In this document: piece by piece, positions 30,379 through 39,850 of the stretch
Position numbering within the stretch: position 1 is the first letter of the stretch
Layout of the letters: each line of letters opens with the position of its first letter
Source: a virus
Direction: 5' to 3' (one strand)
Virus record (IMG/VR): IMGVR_UViG_3300022700_000048
Location: 5,647 to 69,646 of that record
Length of the DNA stretch: 64,000 bases
The notes under the pieces: generated by a model
Databases searched by the model: none
What the model was told of the DNA's origin: nothing
What the model saw: only the letters and a program-made list of their open reading frames with translations
Position numbers and translations under genes: made by a program

Positions 30379-30409
30379 TTGTATTTTAAGTTTTTTTGTG
30401 TTATGTTTG
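30379..30409 (+). promoter_or_regulatory. Bacteroidota sigma-A-type promoter
   Basis: TTG-N20-TATGTTTG upstream of 30452. Confidence 0.7.
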
Positions 30410-30451
30410 ACAATAAATTAATAAAAATTATATTTATTAAAATCTATATAA

Positions 30452-31996
30452 ATGACTAGACAACGAATTGAAAGAGCTGTTGATGTTATAAAATATGCAA
30501 TAAAATATAACATCTCATTAAATGAAGCATCAGTTAAATGTGGATATGCTAATACATATGTAAAAAATGTTAAAGCAATACTTAAAGAAAAATATGAAAA
30601 TGATATTATTGATGATGAGTTATTTTCTTTTTTTATGGATAAATATAAGGAATATGAAAATATTCGAGATAATGAATTAAGTCCTCAAATAGATGAAGAT
30701 GTTGATAAATCATTTATTGGTGAAAAATTAACATTTAATTCATCTGGTGATAAAGCAGATATCAATTGGAATGGTAATAGAACTCATTTTGATAAAACGT
30801 TTGGATGTGATAACGATATTGAAAATAAAGAACATTATGGGTATCCAAAAGGTCATATAAAAACGTTAGAGCAATTATTAGATAAATGCAATATTGATAA
30901 AGATATATGGGATGTTGATCATTATCTTGTAAATAAATGGGATGTAACATCTTGGCAAGTAGGACATCCTCAAACATGGGAAAATTTTCAAGTTAAAGCA
31001 AAATTAAAATTAAAAGAAGCACAACATAAAGCTAAATTAGCTGGTGAAATATTTCAAGAAATGACCAAAAATTATAAACCACCAGTTATTGATTGGGATA
31101 TTAATAATAGAAGTTATAAGGATGATGATGGTGAAAATAATTTATTTGAAGTAGCATTATTTGATATTCATTTTGGTAAATTAGCGTGGAATGGGGAGAC
31201 TGGTGAAAATTTTGACACAAAAATAGCTAAAAAAAGATTTATTTATGCTCTAAAAAAATTAATTCAAAGAGCACAGGGTTATAAATATAATCGAATATTA
31301 TTTCCAATTGGTAATGATTTTTTTAATTCGGATACTAGAGAAAATACAACTTCACATGGAACACCACAAGATGAAGACCTTAGATGGCAAAAAACATTTG
31401 AAGCAGGTTGTAGTTTAATAGTTGATGGTGTTAATATATTAAAACAACTTGGTGTACCAATTGATATTGTTGTTATACCCGGTAATCATGATTTTGAACG
31501 TTCATTTTTCTTAGGGTCATATATTAAAGCATGGTTTAGAAATGATGAACAAATAAATATTAATAATGCTGCTAAACCGAGAAAATATTATCGTTGGGGT
31601 AAAGTTCTTCTTGGTTTTACTCATGGAAGGCATGAAAAAGAAAATTCATTACCAATGTTAATGGCTAAAGATAAAGATGGTAAAAAACATTGGAGTGAAA
31701 CTGATTTTCATGAATGGCATTTAGGTCATTTTCATAGAAAGAAAACTAAGCAATATACTGTTTTAGATAAAACAAATTATACTGATGAAGAAGATGGTGT
31801 TATTGTAAGATATTTAGCATCTCTTACAGGTACTGAAGAATGGCATTTTAAAAAGGGTTTTGTTGGACAAATTAAAGCAGGTGAGGGTTTTATTTGGAAT
31901 GATAAAACAGGTATGATTGGTAATGTAAATGCGAATTATATATTTGAGGGTTCATTTGAAGAAAATAATGATATTAATACATTATTAAATTTATAA
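30452..31996 (+). CDS. Calcineurin-like metallophosphoesterase with N-terminal extension
   Basis: DIHFG, GNDFFNSD, PGNHD, THG, LGHFH motifs. Confidence 0.9.
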   Translation: MTRQRIERAVDVIKYAIKYNISLNEASVKCGYANTYVKNVKAILKEKYENDIIDDELFSFFMDKYKEYENIRDNELSPQIDEDVDKSFIGEKLTFNSSGDKADINWNGNRTHFDKTFGCDNDIENKEHYGYPKGHIKTLEQLLDKCNIDKDIWDVDHYLVNKWDVTSWQVGHPQTWENFQVKAKLKLKEAQHKAKLAGEIFQEMTKNYKPPVIDWDINNRSYKDDDGENNLFEVALFDIHFGKLAWNGETGENFDTKIAKKRFIYALKKLIQRAQGYKYNRILFPIGNDFFNSDTRENTTSHGTPQDEDLRWQKTFEAGCSLIVDGVNILKQLGVPIDIVVIPGNHDFERSFFLGSYIKAWFRNDEQININNAAKPRKYYRWGKVLLGFTHGRHEKENSLPMLMAKDKDGKKHWSETDFHEWHLGHFHRKKTKQYTVLDKTNYTDEEDGVIVRYLASLTGTEEWHFKKGFVGQIKAGEGFIWNDKTGMIGNVNANYIFEGSFEENNDINTLLNL

Positions 31997-32002
31997 AAAA
32001 AT

Positions 32003-32062
32003 CATAATATTTTATATTTTTTTATAAATTTTAGTATTTATGAGAAAATATAAAATATTATG
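32003..32062 (+). promoter_or_regulatory. Long hairpin covering ATG 32060, with late motif AGTATTTAT (32033-32041) at its apex
   Basis: 32003-32020 CATAATATTTTATATTTT is the exact reverse complement of 32045-32062; the stem extends inward with G-U pairs. Confidence 0.7.
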
Positions 32063-32605
32063 GCAAAGAAAAAAAACACTAATGTAACTAAATTAGCTAA
32101 AAGTAATACTAAAAAAAGTACAACTAATGCATCTACTAAGAAAAAACAAGAATCTAATAGTATTGATGTTAAAGCTAAAGAAAGAGTTAATAAATTATTA
32201 GATGATGTTAATTTAACCCCCAAAAAGGGTGAGGGTGATAATAATTTATTAGAATTAAATGAAAAAAATGTACAAAGTCTTGAATGGCTTCAAGAACAAA
32301 TTGATAAATTAAGTACTGAAAATGAAAAATTAAAAAAAGAAGCTGAAGAAGCAAAAGAAAACTATAAAAAATTATATTCACAATATCAAGCTGTTACTAA
32401 TGGTAAAAATATTACTAATGATAAAAATAATTTAGTTCCCGATTCTATGATAAAAAACGGTGTAACTGATTTATTTAATGAATTTCAAAAAAATTATCTT
32501 GGTCAAAATCAACAAAAAATTAGATATACTGAAATTAAATTACCACATTTAATGAATAAAATGATTAAAAAGTTTTCATTTTTAAAAGAAATTAAACGTT
32601 TTTAA
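32060..32605 (+). CDS. Hypothetical protein, basic N-terminus and coiled coil
   Basis: 181-aa ORF. Confidence 0.65.
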   Translation: MAKKKNTNVTKLAKSNTKKSTTNASTKKKQESNSIDVKAKERVNKLLDDVNLTPKKGEGDNNLLELNEKNVQSLEWLQEQIDKLSTENEKLKKEAEEAKENYKKLYSQYQAVTNGKNITNDKNNLVPDSMIKNGVTDLFNEFQKNYLGQNQQKIRYTEIKLPHLMNKMIKKFSFLKEIKRF

Positions 32606-32631
32606 TTCGTTGGCTTTTTCTTATTTCAATT

Positions 32632-32666
32632 AATGCTTCAAAAGAATTGTTTTGAAGCATTTTTTT
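32632..32666 (+). terminator. Terminator hairpin overlapping the next promoter
   Basis: AATGCTTCAAAA-GAATTG-TTTTGAAGCATT then T run. Confidence 0.75.
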
Positions 32667-32677
32667 ATATATATTTG
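32647..32677 (+). promoter_or_regulatory. Bacteroidota sigma-A-type promoter
   Basis: TTG-N20-TATATTTG just before primase ATG 32683. Confidence 0.6.
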
Positions 32678-32682
32678 TCACT

Positions 32683-33720
32683 ATGATTAGAGGTAAAGAA
32701 TTTCATGAAATTATTTATAATATCTTTGATGATGTTAAAGGATTAAATGAATCCGAGCAATTACAAGTTAATTGTCCAAGATGTCAAGAAAGAGATGGTT
32801 TACAATATCCAGATGGTAAATATAATCTTGAAATTAATACCCAAAAAAGAGTTTTTAAATGTTGGAAATGTGATGAACCTAAATTTAGCGGTTCGTTAGG
32901 TAGATTAATTAAATTATTTGGTTCATATGCTGATTATCAATTATATAAATCTTATGCATCAATATTTAATGATTATAATTATAATGAAGATGAAAAAGAT
33001 TTTGTTCAAGTTCAATTACCTAATGAAATGATTTATTTTTCACAAATGGATATTTCTAATCCTGAACATTTTGAAGCATATAGTTATCTTATTAATGGTA
33101 GAAAATTAACAAGAGATATTATTTTAAAATATAGGCTTGGTTTTTGTACCGAAGGTGAATATGCTGGTAGAATAATAATACCATCATTTGATGAATTTGG
33201 GGAAGTGAACTATTTTGTTGGAAGAACATATAAAAAAAATATAAAAATAAAATATAAAAATCCTAAATCAGACAAAAAAAGATTCATTTTTAATGAAGGA
33301 ATGATTAATTGGGATTCAACAATATATTTAGTTGAAGGAGTGTTTGAAATGTTATCCTTCCCTGTTAATACAATACCTTTATTAGGTAAAGATTTATTGG
33401 ATACGTTATTTTTTAAATTAAAAGAAATACACCCTAATGTTGTAATTATATTAGACCCTGATGCATATAAATCAGCCATTGATTTATATTATAAATTATA
33501 TTCTATTTATATTGGAAATGAAGATAAGATTAAAATTGTAAAATTACCAACGAATGATGATTTAGATAAATTAAGAGAAAAATATGGACATAAGACATTA
33601 ATAAAAACATTATATACTGCAAGAAAATTAATAACTGATGATTTTTTTGTACATAAGAAAATAAATGATGGAAAAAAATATGGAAGATACAATTCTTATT
33701 CAAAATATTTTAAAGGGTGA
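32683..33720 (+). CDS. DNA primase (Zn finger plus TOPRIM)
   Basis: CPRC...CWKC Zn finger; GRIIIPS, YFVGR, KYKNP, LVEGVFE, LDPDA. Confidence 0.9.
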   Translation: MIRGKEFHEIIYNIFDDVKGLNESEQLQVNCPRCQERDGLQYPDGKYNLEINTQKRVFKCWKCDEPKFSGSLGRLIKLFGSYADYQLYKSYASIFNDYNYNEDEKDFVQVQLPNEMIYFSQMDISNPEHFEAYSYLINGRKLTRDIILKYRLGFCTEGEYAGRIIIPSFDEFGEVNYFVGRTYKKNIKIKYKNPKSDKKRFIFNEGMINWDSTIYLVEGVFEMLSFPVNTIPLLGKDLLDTLFFKLKEIHPNVVIILDPDAYKSAIDLYYKLYSIYIGNEDKIKIVKLPTNDDLDKLREKYGHKTLIKTLYTARKLITDDFFVHKKINDGKKYGRYNSYSKYFKG

Positions 33721-34291
33721 TAAAAAATCCGAACAAGAATTATACAATAAATATAAAAACATACTTACAAAGTTTTTAAAATCAAAATATCCACAAAATA
33801 ATGAATGTGAAGATGATGTTTCTGAAATTTTAATAAAAATTTTTACATCATTATCTAAATTTAATTCTCAAAAATCTAAATTTAAGACATGGGTTTTTAC
33901 AATTGCAAATAATTATATGATTGATAAATCAAGATGTAAACATGTTTTAAAAAATTCAGATAGTAATACATTTAATATTTCAATTGATAATATCACATAC
34001 ACTAATTCATTATCAACAATAACTTCTTATAGGAATTTTGATGAATCCTACCAATCATTAACAACTCATGATAATAATTTTAATATAATTGATAATCAAA
34101 CGTCAATTAATTATGTTTCAAATCAATTAAAAGCATGTGATTTTGCTTTTTTAAATATGCATTATGGTTATGGGTATTCTTATTGTGAAATAGGAAATGA
34201 ATTTAATATAAGTAGTGATACAGTTAGTAATAGGGTTAATTATGTAAAAGATAAATTAAAAAAAAATAGTTGTAATGAAATTATTATTTAA
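33665..34291 (+). CDS. ECF-type RNA polymerase sigma factor
   Basis: Region 2 DDVSEILIKIF...KFKTWVFTIANNYMID; region 4 GYSYCEIGNEFNISSDTVSNRV; real start may be 33680. Confidence 0.85.
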   Translation: MMEKNMEDTILIQNILKGDKKSEQELYNKYKNILTKFLKSKYPQNNECEDDVSEILIKIFTSLSKFNSQKSKFKTWVFTIANNYMIDKSRCKHVLKNSDSNTFNISIDNITYTNSLSTITSYRNFDESYQSLTTHDNNFNIIDNQTSINYVSNQLKACDFAFLNMHYGYGYSYCEIGNEFNISSDTVSNRVNYVKDKLKKNSCNEIII

Positions 34292-34296
34292 GAAAA

Positions 34297-34319
34297 AAAG
34301 GTCGCTTAATGCGACCTTT
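34297..34319. terminator. Bidirectional terminator between convergent sigma and Hsp20 genes
   Basis: AAAGGTCGC-TTAAT-GCGACCTTT. Confidence 0.8.
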
Positions 34320-34349
34320 ACCAATTTTCAATCCACTTTTTAATCATAT

Positions 34350-34775
34350 TTATTTAATTTTTATTGATTTATTTGATTTTGCTTTATTTTCTTTAGGAAT
34401 TTTAATCGATAATATTCCATTTTCAAGTGATGCATCAATTTCATTTATATTAACATCATCTGATAATGTAAATGATTTATTAAATTTACCATAAAAACTA
34501 CCTTTATATAAATAATCATCACTTTCATTAATTTTATGTTCACCCGTTATTTGAAGTGTATTATCATTGATATTAATTGATATATCTTTTTTTTCAAAAC
34601 CCGGTAACATAAAATTAATAATATAATTATTTTCATTATTAATTATATCATATTGTGGTGATTTTATCGTTTCATTGGGCATGAAACCAAAATTAAAAAT
34701 ATCATCATTTAATATTAAATCAATTAAATCATTTGATCTGTTTCTTTGTCTGTTTTGTTTTGCTAATGTTGTCAT
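34350..34775 (-). CDS. Small heat-shock protein (Hsp20/alpha-crystallin)
   Basis: LPGFEKKDISI, YGKFNKSFTL, IDASLENGILSIKIPK. Confidence 0.95.
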   Translation of the reverse strand: MTTLAKQNRQRNRSNDLIDLILNDDIFNFGFMPNETIKSPQYDIINNENNYIINFMLPGFEKKDISININDNTLQITGEHKINESDDYLYKGSFYGKFNKSFTLSDDVNINEIDASLENGILSIKIPKENKAKSNKSIKIK

Positions 34776-34940
34776 TGTTTTTTATTTTTTTTTTATGTTA
34801 TTATTAATTTAATTAAGATTAACTAATTTTATGCCAAAAACTTTTAACTGTATAATTGTCAGTTATTTATGTAATTTTGTCATTTTTTTATAAAAATTTT
34901 TTGATTTTTTGTCAGTGTTTTTCCTTTTAATAAAAGTTTC

Positions 34941-34971
34941 TTGATATTTTAAAGTAAATGGTTTATTTTTG
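34941..34971 (+). promoter_or_regulatory. Bacteroidota sigma-A-type promoter
   Basis: TTG-N20-TATTTTTG upstream of ATG 34993. Confidence 0.7.
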
Positions 34972-34992
34972 TTTCATATAAAAAAAATTAAT

Positions 34993-37900
34993 ATGGAAAA
35001 CAATAAATTTCGTATAGCACATTTAGCTGACATTCATATTCGTAAAATTCCAACACGTCATAAAGAATATGAACAAGTATTTAATAATTTATTTAAATCA
35101 TTAAAAGAAAAAAAACCCAATCGTATTGTAATTGTTGGTGATTTAGGTCATAATTATCTTGATCTTGGACCGGAACAGTTAGTACTTGCTAAAAAATTAT
35201 TAAAGAGTCTTTCAGAAATTGCACCTGTTAGAATAACAAGAGGTAATCATGATTTTAGACAAAAAAATTCAAAAAGACTTGATAGTGTTGCAGCTATTGT
35301 GGATCAATTAGATTGTGATATTATTTATTATGATAAAACAGGATTTTATCAAGATGATAATATTTGTTGGGCGGTATGGCATCATGGTCAAAAAAATAAT
35401 AATCCTTGGAAAAGTAGAGAAGGTAAAAAGATTTTAACATATAAAGATAAAACTGATTATACATATATTGATTTATTTCATGATCCAATTTATGGTAGTA
35501 AATCATCAACAGGTTTTGATTTAAAAAAGAAATCATATTATAAATTAAATGATTTTAAAGGTGATTATTCATTTTTTGGTGACATTCATTTAAAACAAAT
35601 ATTCTCTAATAATACAAAAGCATATTGCGGTACGCTTATAACACAAGATTTTTCAGAAGGTGATGATCAATTTCATGGCTATTTGTTATGGGATATAAAA
35701 AATGGTAATATAGAAGAAGTACCAATAAAAAATGATTATTCATTTAAAAATATTAAATTAACACCGTTTACAGATTTTGATGATTTGGATTTTGAAATTG
35801 ATAATCCAACAAAATATATGAAAATTCGTATTATTTGGTCTACACTTCCAAGTGCACGAAATAATGAAAATGAAAGAAAAGTAACAAAATATATTAAGGA
35901 ATATGCACATAAAGAAAATATTATTTCAATTACACATAAAAATAATTTTATTGAAGATGATTCAATTGATACTAATGATGATATAACAGTTGATGATATT
36001 ACTGATCAAGAAATTCAACATAATATTTTTAAAAATTATCTTGATAAAATTGGGTATGAAAATGATATAATAAACGATGTCATTACACTTGATGATGAAA
36101 TAACAAAAAGAATTGAATTTGATAGGAATACACATATAAAATGGAGTGTTGTTAAATTTGGTGCTGAAAATTTTATGTCGTATGAGAAAATTGATATTAA
36201 TTGGGGTGATAATGATGGTTTATATCAAATATCAGGCGTTAACACTGCTGGGAAAACAACAATACTTAAATTAATTTCATATATTTTATTTGGTGAAACA
36301 TTAGAGACAGAAATCAGAAAAAAATATGGTGATAAGCGATTTATTAATGATAAAAATGATATTGATCATTGTAAGGCATATATGGTGTTAGAAGCAAATG
36401 GTGAATATTATGGTATAAAAAGAAGAACTGATATTGAAAGAAAAAAGGACGGTGAAATAAAAGGAGCACCAACAAAAGTTTGGTATTATATATTAGATTC
36501 ACCTGATGATGAATTGAATGATGAAAAGTCAATTGATGTTTTAACTGAAGATAATAAAAATAAAACACAGAAAAAAATTAATGAAATTATTGGATCATAT
36601 CAAAATTTTAAACGTGTTGTTTTAACAACATCTGATACTCTTAATCGTATATTATCTAATGATATGGCTATCTTCATTGATTCTTTATTATTTGATAGTG
36701 GATTAGATGTTTTTGATAAGAAATTAAACACTCTTAAAGAATATCAAAAAGAATTTAATAAAAAATCTCGGATTACATGTAATGTTGAGACAACTACAAA
36801 CGAAAATGAAAAATATACAGAAGATATTAAATTAATTGAAAATGAAATTAGTGAAATTGAAAATATAAATTTACCCGATATAAAAAATAGAATAAAAAAG
36901 GGTGAAAAATATGTAGAAACATTAACAAAGAAATTATTTAAAATAACCCCCGAAATAGCCAATTTAAATATCGAAAATACTAAAAATGATATTAGGGATC
37001 ACAATGAAAAAATAAATCAATATAAGGCACGAAATGAACTTATAAGTAAATCAATTAAAACATTAAAAAAATCATATGATGAAGATAAATTGAATGAACT
37101 TATTGAAAAAAGAGATAAACATAAAGAAGAGGTGTATAATCTTAAATTAAAAATTAAAGAATTGGAACGTGAAGTTGATGAAGAAAATCATAAAATTGAA
37201 ATTGTTAATGGTAAAATTCATCTTGCAAAACAAAATGGTCAACAATTAAAAAATAAAATTAAAGAATTAAAAGAAAGTAAAATATGTCCTGAATGTGGAC
37301 AACCATTAACAGAAAAACATCAACACCATATTAATAATTCGGTAAAAAAGAAAATAAAAGAAGCACATGATATTGCAGATGAAATTAATGAGCACCAAAA
37401 AATTATAAACGAAATACATACACCAAAAATTAATACAAAAAAAACTGAAATTGAAAATATTAAAAATGATATTAATGATAAGTCACTTCAAATGGAAGAT
37501 GTGTTAAATCAAATAGGGGAATTAACCAACGATAAGAATGATGTTGAAAAGCGGAATGAATTAGTTCGAGAATTAGAACAAATTCCCACAAAAATTGAAA
37601 ATGAAGAACTTAAAAAATTAGCATTAGAAAAGAAAATTGATGAATATAATAATAGTTTAACACAAATAGAAGAAAATAAAAAAATTCAAAAAAAGATAAA
37701 TGCTGCAAAAGAAAGGATTAATAATCTTAGAACTAATGAAACTAATTATAATGAAACAATCCTCATTAAAAAGAATGAAATTACGAATAAATCACAAAAA
37801 ATTAAAGATAACAAACAATTAATTTCAGATTTTAAAGCACAAGAATATCAAGATAAAATATTTAATTTATATAAAAAATGTGTACATAGAGATGGTATAC

Positions 37901-38334
37901 CAAGACAATTACTAAGTAATCATATTATACCAAAAATTAATATTGAACTTGGGAATGTTCTTTCGGTAGCACCATTTAAAGTTTGGTTAGATGTTAATGA
38001 TTTAAGACCTAAATTAGCATATTATAATACACCAAATTCCATTATTGATGCTATTAGTGGTTCTGGTAAAGAAAGGACATTTGCGAGTATTGTTTTAAAA
38101 ATGGCACTTAATGAAATTAATGTAAAATCAAAACCAACAATATTTTTACTTGATGAAATTATGGGTAAATTAGATAATCAAGGTAGTGTTGATGAATTTA
38201 TTGAAATATTACAAATAATTAAACAAAAATATAAAAAATTCTTAATTATTGAGCAAATGCATGAAGTAAATCCTGATTATTTAATTTCTGTAAATAGAAC
38301 AGAAAATGGAATATCATCACTAGTAATTGAATAA
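34993..38334 (+). CDS. Fused SbcD/Mre11 nuclease and SbcC/Rad50 ATPase (gp47-gp46-like)
   Basis: HLADIH, VGDL, GNHD, GDIH nuclease motifs; GVNTAGKT Walker A, CPECG Zn hook, SGSGKE signature, LLDE Walker B; ATG 34993 preferred over TTG 34969. Confidence 0.92.
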   Translation: MENNKFRIAHLADIHIRKIPTRHKEYEQVFNNLFKSLKEKKPNRIVIVGDLGHNYLDLGPEQLVLAKKLLKSLSEIAPVRITRGNHDFRQKNSKRLDSVAAIVDQLDCDIIYYDKTGFYQDDNICWAVWHHGQKNNNPWKSREGKKILTYKDKTDYTYIDLFHDPIYGSKSSTGFDLKKKSYYKLNDFKGDYSFFGDIHLKQIFSNNTKAYCGTLITQDFSEGDDQFHGYLLWDIKNGNIEEVPIKNDYSFKNIKLTPFTDFDDLDFEIDNPTKYMKIRIIWSTLPSARNNENERKVTKYIKEYAHKENIISITHKNNFIEDDSIDTNDDITVDDITDQEIQHNIFKNYLDKIGYENDIINDVITLDDEITKRIEFDRNTHIKWSVVKFGAENFMSYEKIDINWGDNDGLYQISGVNTAGKTTILKLISYILFGETLETEIRKKYGDKRFINDKNDIDHCKAYMVLEANGEYYGIKRRTDIERKKDGEIKGAPTKVWYYILDSPDDELNDEKSIDVLTEDNKNKTQKKINEIIGSYQNFKRVVLTTSDTLNRILSNDMAIFIDSLLFDSGLDVFDKKLNTLKEYQKEFNKKSRITCNVETTTNENEKYTEDIKLIENEISEIENINLPDIKNRIKKGEKYVETLTKKLFKITPEIANLNIENTKNDIRDHNEKINQYKARNELISKSIKTLKKSYDEDKLNELIEKRDKHKEEVYNLKLKIKELEREVDEENHKIEIVNGKIHLAKQNGQQLKNKIKELKESKICPECGQPLTEKHQHHINNSVKKKIKEAHDIADEINEHQKIINEIHTPKINTKKTEIENIKNDINDKSLQMEDVLNQIGELTNDKNDVEKRNELVRELEQIPTKIENEELKKLALEKKIDEYNNSLTQIEENKKIQKKINAAKERINNLRTNETNYNETILIKKNEITNKSQKIKDNKQLISDFKAQEYQDKIFNLYKKCVHRDGIPRQLLSNHIIPKINIELGNVLSVAPFKVWLDVNDLRPKLAYYNTPNSIIDAISGSGKERTFASIVLKMALNEINVKSKPTIFLLDEIMGKLDNQGSVDEFIEILQIIKQKYKKFLIIEQMHEVNPDYLISVNRTENGISSLVIE

Positions 38335-38339
38335 ATGAT

Positions 38340-38386
38340 TTGTATAATTAATTTATTTATTATAAGTTTGTCAAAAAGTATTTATA
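38340..38386 (+). promoter_or_regulatory. Tandem sigma-A-type and late promoters
   Basis: TTG-N20-TAAGTTTG (38340-38370) followed by AGTATTTATA (38377-38386). Confidence 0.65.
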
Positions 38387-38409
38387 AATGAAAATATAAT
38401 TTATTGTAT

Positions 38410-39564
38410 ATGGATTTAAAAAAATATGATGAGTTAAGAAAAAAGATTCACACAAAAGATTTTGAAGGTAGAAATAAAAATTTAGATTATTGGTTATTTA
38501 AATTATCATTTTTAGGGAATATTGGTTCAATTTTTTTTGCGTTTTTTTTAGTTTCACCAGCATTAACTAAAGCAATTTCTGTTAATTTAATTAGTGGTGG
38601 ATTTGGTGTAATTCTTAGTATTATTATTACTATTGGTTTATTAATCGCATTTGAAGCAATTAAAAGAATTTTAATTAAAAATCTTTCATTTAGTTTAGTG
38701 AAAAACAAATTTAAAATATTAAAAGGGACAATATTAGGTTGGTTCATTTTTTCAACATTTATTGTTTCATTAAGTTTTTATTTTTCATTGAATGGTGCTA
38801 AAAATTTTGCAACAACAAGTTTTCAAAATAATAAAATTGTTGAAAATAATTTACAAAATGAAATTGATAGTATTAGACAAGAATATGAAAATAAAAAACA
38901 ACCATACATTATTGATAATAAAAAATTAAGAGATGCAAATAATAAAATTAGAAAAAAATATGCTGAAACTCCAATAAATTATAGAATAGTTAGAAATGAT
39001 TATCAAAAGAGTATTGATAAAAATAGTGAATTAATTACTAATAATCAAAAAAGAATTGATGAGTTAAATAATGAATTAGAATCAAAAATTAATAATTTAG
39101 AAAAAAAATATGAAAATAAAATATCTCAAAATAAAAAAGAAGAAGTTCAAAATATTTGGTTATTCATTCTTATTTCAACATCAATTGAGATATTAATTAT
39201 TATTGGTGTCTATTTTAGAGAATTTTATGAATATAATATATATATTACCAATTATGAAAATTTAGAAAAGGTATATCAAAAAAGAGATAGATATCGAGCA
39301 ATGCTCACATATATATATCGTGAAGGAAAAATAGAACATGGTGAAAGAATAATGGCAGCAGATAAATTAGTAGATTTAATTGCTGAAAATACTACAATTA
39401 CAAACCCTAAAAAATTTGTTGAAAATTTTCTACGTGATATGGAAAATTTAGAAGTTTTTATTGTCCAAGGTAAAAGAAGATTAATTAACGCATCATATCA
39501 AGAAGCATTAAATGTTATTGAAAATTTTGATGATGCTCTAAAAATATTAAAAAATATAAAATAA
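38410..39564 (+). CDS. Multi-pass membrane protein with long coiled coil
   Basis: Three N-terminal TM helices, coiled coil, fourth TM helix, cytoplasmic tail. Confidence 0.7.
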   Translation: MDLKKYDELRKKIHTKDFEGRNKNLDYWLFKLSFLGNIGSIFFAFFLVSPALTKAISVNLISGGFGVILSIIITIGLLIAFEAIKRILIKNLSFSLVKNKFKILKGTILGWFIFSTFIVSLSFYFSLNGAKNFATTSFQNNKIVENNLQNEIDSIRQEYENKKQPYIIDNKKLRDANNKIRKKYAETPINYRIVRNDYQKSIDKNSELITNNQKRIDELNNELESKINNLEKKYENKISQNKKEEVQNIWLFILISTSIEILIIIGVYFREFYEYNIYITNYENLEKVYQKRDRYRAMLTYIYREGKIEHGERIMAADKLVDLIAENTTITNPKKFVENFLRDMENLEVFIVQGKRRLINASYQEALNVIENFDDALKILKNIK

Positions 39565-39565
39565 T

Positions 39566-39793
39566 ATGAAAATATATAAATCTGATGAATTAAACGAAGA
39601 TTATGAAAAAGGAGAGATGATAAAAGATTCTCTTCATATTGTAAATGATTTAGCTGAGAATGATCTTGGGGATATTGATGGTGAATTTAATAAAGATGAT
39701 TTTAATTGGGAACAACTTCAAGATTTAATATTAAAAGCAAGAAATTTAAAGAAAAATAGATGGTGGGATGTTCCTAAATATAAAAGAAAATAA
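39566..39793 (+). CDS. Small hypothetical protein
   Basis: 75-aa ORF. Confidence 0.6.
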   Translation: MKIYKSDELNEDYEKGEMIKDSLHIVNDLAENDLGDIDGEFNKDDFNWEQLQDLILKARNLKKNRWWDVPKYKRK

Positions 39794-39850
39794 AATAATG
39801 AAAAAAATTAATTTAGATCATAATATAGGAACACTTCCGGTTATTACATT

